Origin: an uncultured archaeon
Lineage (GTDB): Archaea > Asgardarchaeota > Jordiarchaeia > Jordiarchaeales > Jordiarchaeaceae
Reading direction: 5' to 3'
NCBI GenBank assembly: GCA_964510585.1
Contig: CAZECW010000004.1
Location: forward strand, 1 to 32,000
DNA length: 32,000 bases
How positions within the stretch are numbered: position 1 is the first letter of the stretch; each line of letters begins with the position of its first letter. The notes below the pieces were generated by a model. That model ran no database searches and was not told where the DNA came from. It was given only the letters and a program-made list of their open reading frames with translations. Both the position numbers and the translations under genes were made by a program. Shown piece after piece: positions 10,201-16,626 of the stretch.

Positions 10201-10269
10201 ATCTTTATACGCGTCTTTTATCCAGACACTCTAATCAAAATCCACAAAAAACTACTGAGAAAAACATGA
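7267..10269 (+). CDS. Large cell-surface glycoprotein, membrane anchored
   Basis: N-terminal basic plus hydrophobic segment, very dense N-x-S/T sequons, Pro-rich linker PKPPSPIP, C-terminal TM helix and basic tail. The start may be the ATG at 7276. Confidence 0.75.
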   Translation: MIEMENRKKASAILIICVILFLTTALIVTNTIPLTLPPSQNNSLQLKENGTYATIQINGIYYNVTWFEISNEIINQTIENSVVGTNTYYLNITWNNYVNRSVVMSFNTTNDTIYFNGVQLYIGYNNSPPALRVELRNGTQQNSKWVPSNETILYEEYSIDNFTQEANWATLLNETSILLVPSHTYFLLLRLNETTGDDNSSYYYWRCTPDTGDDSDGVDEGIALALEFEDVSDLNNSAFWADCADDYDCWMIMNFTKLQYTLSLQLPVNWTLSYLMVDVFNSTGSFFYHISNSISGNITGGTGSFNVTLPDGDRMCLAVIKFTEIRPVSWLTVIEGTRNSDGYARTVGNMSEAQRFRLPHDSNNLSIQILIRNTGLKENLTAEIWNATFVESVGSYNLTGKVVDLEVPYWNVTSDYNWLTLNFEGYFSEGDYFLVIHTKDWAGDPSSGPFYDWASHTSFYEIPPSEGYEIWTSENNHSNWNWQDMRDPYGHRYWHCMKVESYNSTDTRNISVWVNGKLVGDNWVWNDTVWIPVQKTQGDNVTFTLTSNMDFEYSLDYDIYYYNYTYDLNNETQFYVNDYPMSNSTQGYFTQIFTSSQLGYNSSTGLVELTFKAWNITSKEWISTSVNATISASMYYIENVSVSSATELNYTYVHSSDAAISLSQESLYIDYSNLNVYAVNTVQLNGTTLHGNWTDNTLTNKITVLKNAFNDTQIGQEILAGDNVTITVNFYSIVNIESPTLPYIGEQVTLNITNVVNTPDYLNVTIIRPNGTIQTLNGTKLNYENWSVNFTPEETGKYIASITTQSTGGNIIRREVANRSVEKYYYVFTVYQLGLGLNKPDIVAEEPLSLGIPYNLQIWVKYLPFNSSETPQVNVNNIIVLLNGSKTINDPVFNSLTGFWELTIIWTSLGNLNITVNVTDDNGRTVVETFIVQVVYPKPPSPIPILSLMTTYAAIGQFDIDTLARIATIVFWLLIIVLIFIRVFYPDTLIKIHKKLLRKT

Positions 10270-10421
10270 ATCCCCTCATTTTTTATTAATTGATAATGAT
10301 ATAAGAGATTTTGCACCCTCCTAATTTTGAGTCTGGGCCTTAGCCAATGATTCCGTAGTCCCGTACCTATATTTTTGGAGGGTTCAATAGAGAAAAGGAG
10401 GAATGGTGCGGAGGACGAGAT

Positions 10422-10452
10422 GTGTTCAGGGGGTAGCAGGCTACCACCGCCT
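10422..10452 (-). other. 31-nt BHB tRNA intron, T-loop position 58/59
   Basis: Central helix GUUC/GAAC with 3-nt bulges AA|A and AC|A, plus an internal hairpin GGUAG/CUACC. Removal restores the T-loop TTCAAAT. Confidence 0.9.
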
Positions 10453-10468
10453 TTGAACTCGTGTAGGC

Positions 10469-10498
10469 CTATGTGAACTCCCAGATAACTGGGGGTTT
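10469..10498 (-). other. 30-nt tRNA intron in the variable-arm loop (GUAG|GCC)
   Basis: Central helix GCGU/ACAU (3 of 4 pairs), bulges AG|A and AG|G, internal hairpin CCCAG/CUGGG. Removal restores the Leu variable arm. Confidence 0.82.
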
Positions 10499-10512
10499 CT
10501 ACGCCACAGGAG

Positions 10513-10543
10513 CTCTGATACGCGAGTGATTGGAAATCGCAAA
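10513..10543 (-). other. 31-nt canonical 37/38 BHB tRNA intron
   Basis: Central helix CUGA/UCAG with bulges GG|U and AG|C, closed by the anticodon stem CAGGA/UCCUG. Confidence 0.93.
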
Positions 10544-10560
10544 CCTCAGTCCTGCTCCAT

Positions 10561-10589
10561 GCCAGTCAAATCCCTGAGGGGACGACATT
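10561..10589 (-). other. About 29-nt D-loop tRNA intron (near 20b/21-21/22; boundaries uncertain by 1-2 nt)
   Basis: The insert must be removed to pair the D-stem TCCG/TGGA. Only a relaxed BHB can be drawn (AGGU/ACUG, 3 of 4 pairs). Confidence 0.75.
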
Positions 10590-10647
10590 TGACCTGGCTC
10601 GGAAACCTCCGCACATATATTGACAAAATAGGATTACACTGAACCAG

Positions 10648-10661
10648 TTTTTATAAGTTTC
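10648..10661 (-). promoter_or_regulatory. Candidate BRE/TATA box for tRNA-Leu(GAG)
   Basis: Minus strand reads GAAACTTATAAAAA about 36-49 nt upstream of the mature 5' end. Confidence 0.45.
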
Positions 10662-10882
10662 TATGATAGGTAACGATATGATGCGTTATGCCTGTATTTT
10701 TCGTGTTTTAAGGGGGATAGCATATTATTAAAAAATTTTTGGAACACCATTTTTTAAGGGGAAAGTTCAAAAGGAAAATGTATAAAAATTATAGTGCATA
10801 TCCATTTTGTGTGGTAGAATTCGTCTGAGCGTAACAATTTATTTAGGGTATTTGGAATGTGCAGGGATTTCCGAGTGGTCAA

Positions 10883-10903
10883 TACCCAGCTGTGGTTGGC
10901 TAT
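10883..10903 (+). other. 21-nt D-loop tRNA intron (21/22)
   Basis: Central helix GGUC/GGCU (with G-U pairs) and bulges AA|U and AU|A. Removal restores GGTCAAAGGAG. Confidence 0.82.
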
Positions 10904-10933
10904 AGGAGCTGGGCTTAGGACCCAGTGGCGTAG

Positions 10934-10965
10934 TGGTGTCGGTCTGTTTTGGTGGCGCCGCGTAA
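10934..10965 (+). other. 32-nt BHB intron in the variable-arm loop (GUAG|GCC)
   Basis: Central helix GCGU/GCGU (4 pairs including G-U), bulges AG|U and AA|G, intron helix GGUGUC/GGCGCC. Confidence 0.9.
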
Positions 10966-10982
10966 GCCTTCGCGTGTTCGAA

Positions 10983-11012
10983 AAGAGGCATCAGATTGAT
11001 GCAGCTCGATAG
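10983..11012 (+). other. 30-nt T-loop tRNA intron (59/60)
   Basis: Central helix UUCG/CGAU (3 pairs plus U-U), bulges AA|A and AG|U, internal hairpin GCAUCA/UGAUGC. Removal restores TTCGAAT. Confidence 0.85.
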
Positions 11013-11099
11013 TCACGCTCCCTGCACCAATTTTTAAAAGTGGGTATGTGCTCTGTTTATTTGGACTGTGTAGTCTTTATTTTTTGGGGTTTTTGTTTG

Positions 11100-11909
11100 A
11101 TGGTGGTTGTTTTGGATAAGCGTATTGATAGGATTGATCGCAAGATTGATAAGGGTAGGATTAAGAAGAAGCGTTCTGAGGATTTGGAGACGACGCAGGC
11201 GGTTATTGATAAGAGGACTGCTATGATTTTGTATGATTTGATTAATAGGGGTTATTTGGATAGTATGAAGGGGGTTGTGGCTTCAGGTAAGGAGTCGAAT
11301 GTTTATTGGGCGACTGCTGAGGAAAATGGGGTTACTCGAGATTTGGCGGTTAAGATTTATAGGACTTCGACTATGGATTTTAAGAGGATTTGGGTTTATA
11401 TTCAGGGGGATCCTCGCTTTACCAAGGTTAAGAGGGATACGCGTTCCATTGTTTATGCGTGGGCTGAGAAGGAGTTTAAGAATCTTAGGTTGGCGGATGA
11501 GGCGGGTGTTAGAGTTCCTAAGCCCGTTGTTTGGAGGGGTAACGTTCTTGTTATGGAGTTTATTGGTGAAAATGGAGTTTCTGCTCCTAGGTTGAGAGAG
11601 GCGATGGTTGAGGATCCGGAGCCTGTTTTCAAAATTGTTTTTGATTATGTTGTTAGGCTTTATGAGAAGGCGGAATTGGTGCATGCGGATCTTAGCGAGT
11701 ATAATATTTTGTACTGGGATGAGCCGGTAGTAATTGATGTTTCTCAAGCGGTTCTCCTAAGTCACCCTTTAGCATTAGATTTTTTGGCTCGTGATCTAAA
11801 GAATATTTTAAGATATTTTTCAAGTTTAGGGGTGGAGGTTCCCTCCCTAGAGGAAGCATATAAAAAAGTTACGGGTGAAGAATTGGTTTGGAGACAAGAG
11901 AGTTTATAA
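11100..11909 (+). CDS. rio1: RIO1 serine/threonine kinase
   Basis: VASGKESNVY, AVKIYRTS, HADLSEYNIL and VIDVSQAV. ATG at 11100 preferred over the ORF-track start at 11040. Confidence 0.95.
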   Translation: MVVVLDKRIDRIDRKIDKGRIKKKRSEDLETTQAVIDKRTAMILYDLINRGYLDSMKGVVASGKESNVYWATAEENGVTRDLAVKIYRTSTMDFKRIWVYIQGDPRFTKVKRDTRSIVYAWAEKEFKNLRLADEAGVRVPKPVVWRGNVLVMEFIGENGVSAPRLREAMVEDPEPVFKIVFDYVVRLYEKAELVHADLSEYNILYWDEPVVIDVSQAVLLSHPLALDFLARDLKNILRYFSSLGVEVPSLEEAYKKVTGEELVWRQESL

Positions 11910-12469
11910 AAGTTCCGAAAGAGCGGGTGGCAGTTATCATAGGTTCAAATGGACAGGTTAAATCCATGATTGAAAGGGAAACTAAAACAAGGCTAGACAT
12001 CAATAGTGAAGATGGCAGCATAGTTATCACTCCAACTGAGGAAACAGATGATCCTTTAGCGGTTTGGAAGGCTAGAGATATTGTGAGGGCTATTGGCAGA
12101 GGCTTCAGCCCCACAAGAGCCCTTAGACTCTTGGATGAGGGGGAACTGCTGGAAATTGTGGATCTCACACTTTTCACCAATAAATCTAAGAATTCTCTGA
12201 CCAGAATTAAGGGTCGGATTATAGGCGCCGGAGGAAAAACGAGAAAAATTATAGAGGAGATCAGCGGTGCCAATATATCAGTTTACGGGCACACAGTGGC
12301 CATAATAGGGAATGTTGAGCAGGGCAGAATGGCTAAGGAAGCGATAATGATGCTGATTAAGGGTGCCCCCCACTCAACAGTTTATAGTGTCCTCCAGAAG
12401 AGAAAAAGGGCCCAAAAGAGAAAATGGACCTCTTGGAAGACATTGGGAGAAAATCAAATCGGAAGCTAA
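11888..12469 (+). CDS. dim2: KH-domain pre-rRNA processing protein Dim2/Pno1
   Basis: Two KH GxxG motifs (IIGSNG, IIGAGGKTR) and KARDIVRAIGRGFSP. Follows rio1. Confidence 0.93.
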   Translation: METREFIKVPKERVAVIIGSNGQVKSMIERETKTRLDINSEDGSIVITPTEETDDPLAVWKARDIVRAIGRGFSPTRALRLLDEGELLEIVDLTLFTNKSKNSLTRIKGRIIGAGGKTRKIIEEISGANISVYGHTVAIIGNVEQGRMAKEAIMMLIKGAPHSTVYSVLQKRKRAQKRKWTSWKTLGENQIGS

Positions 12470-12470
12470 A

Positions 12471-12788
12471 TCAAATTCCCTTCAGATAACCATTATCCTC
12501 AAGCCACTTTGCCTGCCCTTTAGAGTATCTCCAAATTATATCCGCCCTGTCATCCTGAAAGTCCCAAGGGGCAACAATGACGACGTCACCTTCTTTGATC
12601 CAGACACGTTTCTTCATTTTTCCTCTTATTCTGCTGAGTCTAACTTTCCCATCGGTGCACTTTACTTGAAGGCGATCGTAGCCCATCATTTTGACCACTA
12701 TTCCAAGAATTTCGCCCTGTCTTGGAGTGCGAACCTTCCTAAATTCGCCTTCGTCTTCTTCTATGAGGTCTTTTTTCTTCGGTGTCAC
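12471..12788 (-). CDS. eif1a: Translation initiation factor aIF-1A
   Basis: RLSRIRGKMKKRVWIKEGDVVIVAPWDFQDDRADIIWRY. Confidence 0.96.
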   Translation of the reverse strand: MTPKKKDLIEEDEGEFRKVRTPRQGEILGIVVKMMGYDRLQVKCTDGKVRLSRIRGKMKKRVWIKEGDVVIVAPWDFQDDRADIIWRYSKGQAKWLEDNGYLKGI

Positions 12789-12892
12789 AATTTCAACCTT
12801 CTTTTAGTCCCTTAAGAATACGTTTCCGTTCTTTTAAAATTTCCTAAAGGACTGATGGGAATTGTTAGGTTTCCTAGAGGAGGTGTCGATTA

Positions 12893-13960
12893 TTAAGTTT
12901 CTGGTGAGAGGATGGTTATTTCTTCGTCTATTTTTATTGCTTGTACTATTTCTCCTTCTTTAAGGTTTGTGTGGGTTTGCTCCCTTTTTATTTCGGTTAT
13001 TTCGTATGTTTTTAGGTCCATTAGTTGGATGGTGTCTTTAGTTTTGGAAATTATGAGGTATTGTTTTGTTTCTGGTTTCCAGCTTTGTATTTCTGATTCC
13101 CAGAAGTCCTTGTACTGTATGATTTGTTTTTCTCCGGTTTTGGGGTTTTTTCCTATTATGTTGCCTTTTTCTATTTTTTCGAATATGAGGGTTTTGTCCA
13201 TTAATTGTATTATCTCGCCTGGCGTGAAGGAGGGGAGTCTCACTGATACTGATGTTGTTCCTTTCTTTTTTCCATCCTTCATTCCGGACAATTTGAACGA
13301 TTCTTGGATGTTTGCTCCCATTTGTTCTTTTGTGGATGTGGCAATGTTTTTCGCGAGTCCAGTTGAGCTAACGTAGAGGTCGAAGCCTTCTTTTTTCTCC
13401 TTTATTTGGGGTATGTACTCGTCTTTGTATCTTTCAGATTCGAGGGCTTTGTCTATTATTTGGTAGATTTGTTGTCTCTCTTCTTCGCTTATTCTGCCTC
13501 TTAGCCCTCTGAACTGGACTATGGCCTCGTAGGCGCCTTGCTTTTTCTTGGTGCAAATGCCGCAGGGTGAAGATTCGAGTTTTATGGTGACTTTGACTGT
13601 TTCACTGATGGTAGTATCGTTTTTTTTGGCGGTTATTAGAATTGGAACATCGATTTTTCCTGTTAATTCCACTTCTTCTGCTATTTGGGGTTGTATAATT
13701 ATTTCAAATTCTGGTGAGTGTTTTATGAAACGCGGTGAGTTCTGCTCTATTACTATCTCTAAGAATTCATTCGGGTTAAAGCTATTGGTTTGCACCCACT
13801 TTTTGGAAAGCTTGTAACTGTAACAGTGTGGGCAAATTCTCACTTCAAACTCATGTTTAACAGTGAATGGGGGATTCTTCTTGAGGTAACATGATTCACA
13901 GAGGTTTTCAATCAGAGGGGCATCTGTTTTTCCACATAGCGCACAGAATCTTTTTGTCAT
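12893..13960 (-). CDS. nmd3: NMD3 family ribosome biogenesis protein
   Basis: FCALCG..LCESC, ICPHC, CGIC and YEAIVQFR, plus a C-terminal OB/eIF5A-like region. Confidence 0.92.
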   Translation of the reverse strand: MTKRFCALCGKTDAPLIENLCESCYLKKNPPFTVKHEFEVRICPHCYSYKLSKKWVQTNSFNPNEFLEIVIEQNSPRFIKHSPEFEIIIQPQIAEEVELTGKIDVPILITAKKNDTTISETVKVTIKLESSPCGICTKKKQGAYEAIVQFRGLRGRISEEERQQIYQIIDKALESERYKDEYIPQIKEKKEGFDLYVSSTGLAKNIATSTKEQMGANIQESFKLSGMKDGKKKGTTSVSVRLPSFTPGEIIQLMDKTLIFEKIEKGNIIGKNPKTGEKQIIQYKDFWESEIQSWKPETKQYLIISKTKDTIQLMDLKTYEITEIKREQTHTNLKEGEIVQAIKIDEEITILSPET

Positions 13961-13987
13961 TTACATGTTACCTCATAAAGTATGAAT

Positions 13988-14305
13988 CTACATAATTACT
14001 TTTTGTGCGTGGGCTACGCCTTCAATTTTTATGATTCCTTGGGGGGGTATTAGTCCCTCAATTATGGCTTGGGAAACAATGTTGTTGCCAACTATGTTTA
14101 TTATGGTTCCCTGTTTGATTGCTGCTATGCCCTCCTCTATTGAGACCAGCTCACCACAATAAAATTCCTTTTTCACCTCTATTTTGAGCTTGCCTTCTCT
14201 AAAGGTTTTTCCCAATATATCCTCGTCGCAAACAGCAACCATAATTTCATTATTTACTCTCCTTATATGAAGGTAGACTCGCATCTTAAAGCTCTCCTTA
14301 CTCAT
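13988..14305 (-). CDS. DUF424 family protein
   Basis: MVAVCDEDILGKTF..V..EFY.GE and IINIVGNNIV. Start at 14305 or 14284 avoids an overlap with aIF2beta. Confidence 0.85.
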   Translation of the reverse strand: MSKESFKMRVYLHIRRVNNEIMVAVCDEDILGKTFREGKLKIEVKKEFYCGELVSIEEGIAAIKQGTIINIVGNNIVSQAIIEGLIPPQGIIKIEGVAHAQKVIM

Positions 14306-14330
14306 TATGGTAGGTGGCTTTAAAGCAACT

Positions 14331-14741
14331 CTATTGTATGGTTTTGATTGATGCTCTTGCTCCGCAGGCTTCACACACAAGGAAGTGGAATCTATCCTGT
14401 TTTTCAATGTGGGTGTCTGGCTTTCCACACTCGGAACAGAGAACGTAGGTGTGGGTGTATCTGGATATTAGTTCATCAAGAGCCTTGTTTGTAAACTTTC
14501 CCTGGAAAATCGCTCTCTGCCCTTCTATAATACCTGCGGTTGCCAACTCCCGCATAAGATACTTCATTAAGTGCTGAGGGTCTCTATTCAGAGCCGAAGC
14601 TATATCTCTAAAGTTTCTAACAATTGTCCTGTTTCCCTCAACAAAAATTACTGATTTGGGGATCTCAAATCTTTTGCGTTCAAAAACTTCAGGGGGTAAC
14701 TGTTGACGTGCTCTATCTAATAGACGCTCATAGTTTTCCAT
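14331..14741 (-). CDS. eif2b: Translation initiation factor aIF-2 beta subunit
   Basis: YERLLDRAR, NRDPQHLMKYLMRELAT and the zinc ribbon CSECGKPDT..CEACGA. Confidence 0.96.
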   Translation of the reverse strand: MENYERLLDRARQQLPPEVFERKRFEIPKSVIFVEGNRTIVRNFRDIASALNRDPQHLMKYLMRELATAGIIEGQRAIFQGKFTNKALDELISRYTHTYVLCSECGKPDTHIEKQDRFHFLVCEACGARASIKTIQ

Positions 14742-14761
14742 TACACAACCACCTCGAGTTT

Positions 14762-15433
14762 TTAGAGTTTCCTGTAAGTCTGAGGCCTAGGCTCATAAAT
14801 TGTTCCATCAGACAACAACTCTGTGAGGCCGGACTCTAATTCTTTAAGTGATAATCCAGTTTCCTTCTTTATGACTTGGAAATCCACTCCTTCACCTTCG
14901 TCAAATTTTTCGATAACTTCCATAATGCGGGTAATCTTACTGGCCAAGTCTTCTTCAGGTACAGTTTTATCTTCTTCAGATACTCCAATTTCTTCTTTTA
15001 GAGTACTAGTCTCACCTATAGGTTTTAACACCATTAACTCCAATTCTCTAACAATTTCCCAATTGGGATCATCAACATTTATAACAAGTTCTGGGACTAA
15101 ATAAACCTCGCCCCGATACTCTTTAACCTTACCGATAATGTCTACTATATCACCAATCTGAACCTTATTAATAGGGGAATTCTGATTCTTCCAGAACTTA
15201 GCCCTAATTGTTTCGGTACCGTCATCAATGGTAATGCTACCAAAGTCTGATTGAGAGCTGATAAACTTGTCGACCACAGTTCCCATAACCCTAGCCCTCT
15301 GAATCTCTAATCCTGAACCAGTAACAATAAACCGCCCATTAGGTTTTTCCACCCACTTACCATTAACCAGATCCGAAATGTGTACCTTATACGCGGTGGC
15401 CCTCTTTTTAATGATTCTACTCAACTCCATCAC
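14762..15433 (-). CDS. rpa2: Replication protein A subunit, RPA2/RPA32-like (OB fold plus C-terminal winged helix)
   Basis: RATAYKVHISDL, ITIDDGTETIRAKFW and the C-terminal GTIYEPRP. Confidence 0.85.
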   Translation of the reverse strand: MMELSRIIKKRATAYKVHISDLVNGKWVEKPNGRFIVTGSGLEIQRARVMGTVVDKFISSQSDFGSITIDDGTETIRAKFWKNQNSPINKVQIGDIVDIIGKVKEYRGEVYLVPELVINVDDPNWEIVRELELMVLKPIGETSTLKEEIGVSEEDKTVPEEDLASKITRIMEVIEKFDEGEGVDFQVIKKETGLSLKELESGLTELLSDGTIYEPRPQTYRKL

Positions 15434-15532
15434 TCTGAAAATTCCTTACAGTTTAACATCTTTATTCTACACATTCCAGAACGATTTCCAATAAGCATTA
15501 ATTTGGAATCTTAGGGGGTGGATTTTGAACGT

Positions 15533-16393
15533 TCAAAAAAACTGAACGCCATAAATTTTTTCTGGAAGTTCCTTGTTAACTTTCCAAAGTCTATCCTTTA
15601 AATCTTCTTGCTCTCTTAATTGATTTACCAACTTGGGTACAGATTTTGGTCCCAGCACCGCCCCCGGCCTCTTGGGATCATCAAGGTAATCAGTTTCGAG
15701 GAGGAAGCGGTCTCCCTCCTTAAACGCAGCTTCAACATTTTTCCTAGATGCAATTAGGGAGGGAAAAATTTTTTCGCGTTCACAGATTCTAATTAATGGT
15801 GGACAAAAATGCTTTATTACCCTACAGGGGCTCAAGTTAGATTTTCGTACCATGCCAGATAATTCAATTATTTCTTTTTCCCCTACACTTTCTGTATGAA
15901 GCTGTACCGCGCATCCACAATCCCTAGCCCTTCCAAGAGCGTAAAGTAATATTTCATTTGAGATTTCCCAAATTTCGGGACTTACCTGATAGTGAGGCCG
16001 CCCCACCTCCCCAATGGCTATCGCTCTCCCCTCCTCAATCCATTTTACCGCTATGTCCAAACCAGCACATATAAGCTCCTTGGCTTTTCTTATTTCCATT
16101 CCTCTATCTAACATCTGAGTTAGTTCAGCTGGGTGAACCCCTATGACACCATAGGCATAAATATTGAGAGACCTAATTTTTTCCACACAATCAGAAACAT
16201 AACTGTAACAGGTTTCATAATCTGAAGCCTTTGAAACAGTTACACCATAGCTCCACGAGGGCAGACAAACTATAATTAGGGCTGTACCCCCAGCTCTCTT
16301 GAATTCTTTTCCAATGTTCACAGGTCCAAGACCTTTAACTGGATTAATGTGCATATGGTTATCCGTGGCGGGAAAACTTTGCATATTCATCAC
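15533..16393 (-). CDS. TatD-family metal-dependent hydrolase
   Basis: DNHMH, IGEVGRPHY, QLHTE and LETDYLDDPKRPGAVLGP. Confidence 0.9.
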   Translation of the reverse strand: MMNMQSFPATDNHMHINPVKGLGPVNIGKEFKRAGGTALIIVCLPSWSYGVTVSKASDYETCYSYVSDCVEKIRSLNIYAYGVIGVHPAELTQMLDRGMEIRKAKELICAGLDIAVKWIEEGRAIAIGEVGRPHYQVSPEIWEISNEILLYALGRARDCGCAVQLHTESVGEKEIIELSGMVRKSNLSPCRVIKHFCPPLIRICEREKIFPSLIASRKNVEAAFKEGDRFLLETDYLDDPKRPGAVLGPKSVPKLVNQLREQEDLKDRLWKVNKELPEKIYGVQFF

Positions 16394-16626
16394 ACACGCA
16401 GCTATTCAAATTCTCTTGAAAATAGTAGCGCGAGAAAATTTAATATTTGTTATTTATCAGCATTTTTTACCAAACGTTTAAAACAGCCCTGTATCATCGT
16501 TCTGATAACGAGAACACGATTCCGAAGACATTTTTACATATGGGAATGTTTGTTCCAAAAGGTTCTTAAGAAAAAGTATTGTTGCTACCTAAAACAAGGT
16601 TACTTATTTGTTCGAGGTGGTAGAGT

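Larger units (their letters stand above)
10404..10612 (-). tRNA. tRNA-Leu(GAG): tRNA-Leu(GAG) with four introns and encoded CCA
   Basis: Removing four inserts gives GCGGAGG TT TCCG AGCCAGGTCAA TGGA G CAGGA CTGAGGC TCCTG TGGCGTAGGCCTAC ACGAG TTCAAAT CTCGT CCTCCGC ACCA (88 nt). All stems pair and the variable arm is class II Leu-type. Anticodon at 10545-10547. Confidence 0.93.
10861..11029 (+). tRNA. tRNA-Leu(TAG): tRNA-Leu(TAG) with three non-canonical introns and encoded CCA
   Basis: Spliced form GCAGGGA TT TCCG AGTGGTCAA AGGA G CTGGG CTTAGGA CCCAG TGGCGTAGGCCTTC GCGTG TTCGAAT CACGC TCCCTGC ACCA (86 nt). Anticodon at 10916-10918, anticodon loop uninterrupted. Confidence 0.93.

Noticed and set aside
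10404-10612. Structured region read as RNase P RNA, SRP RNA, a hammerhead ribozyme or a MITE (terminal inverted repeat GTGCGGAGG/CCTCCGCAC)
   Set aside because: The diagnostic motifs are absent. The inverted repeat is essentially the tRNA acceptor stem, and the whole region resolves into a tRNA with four introns.
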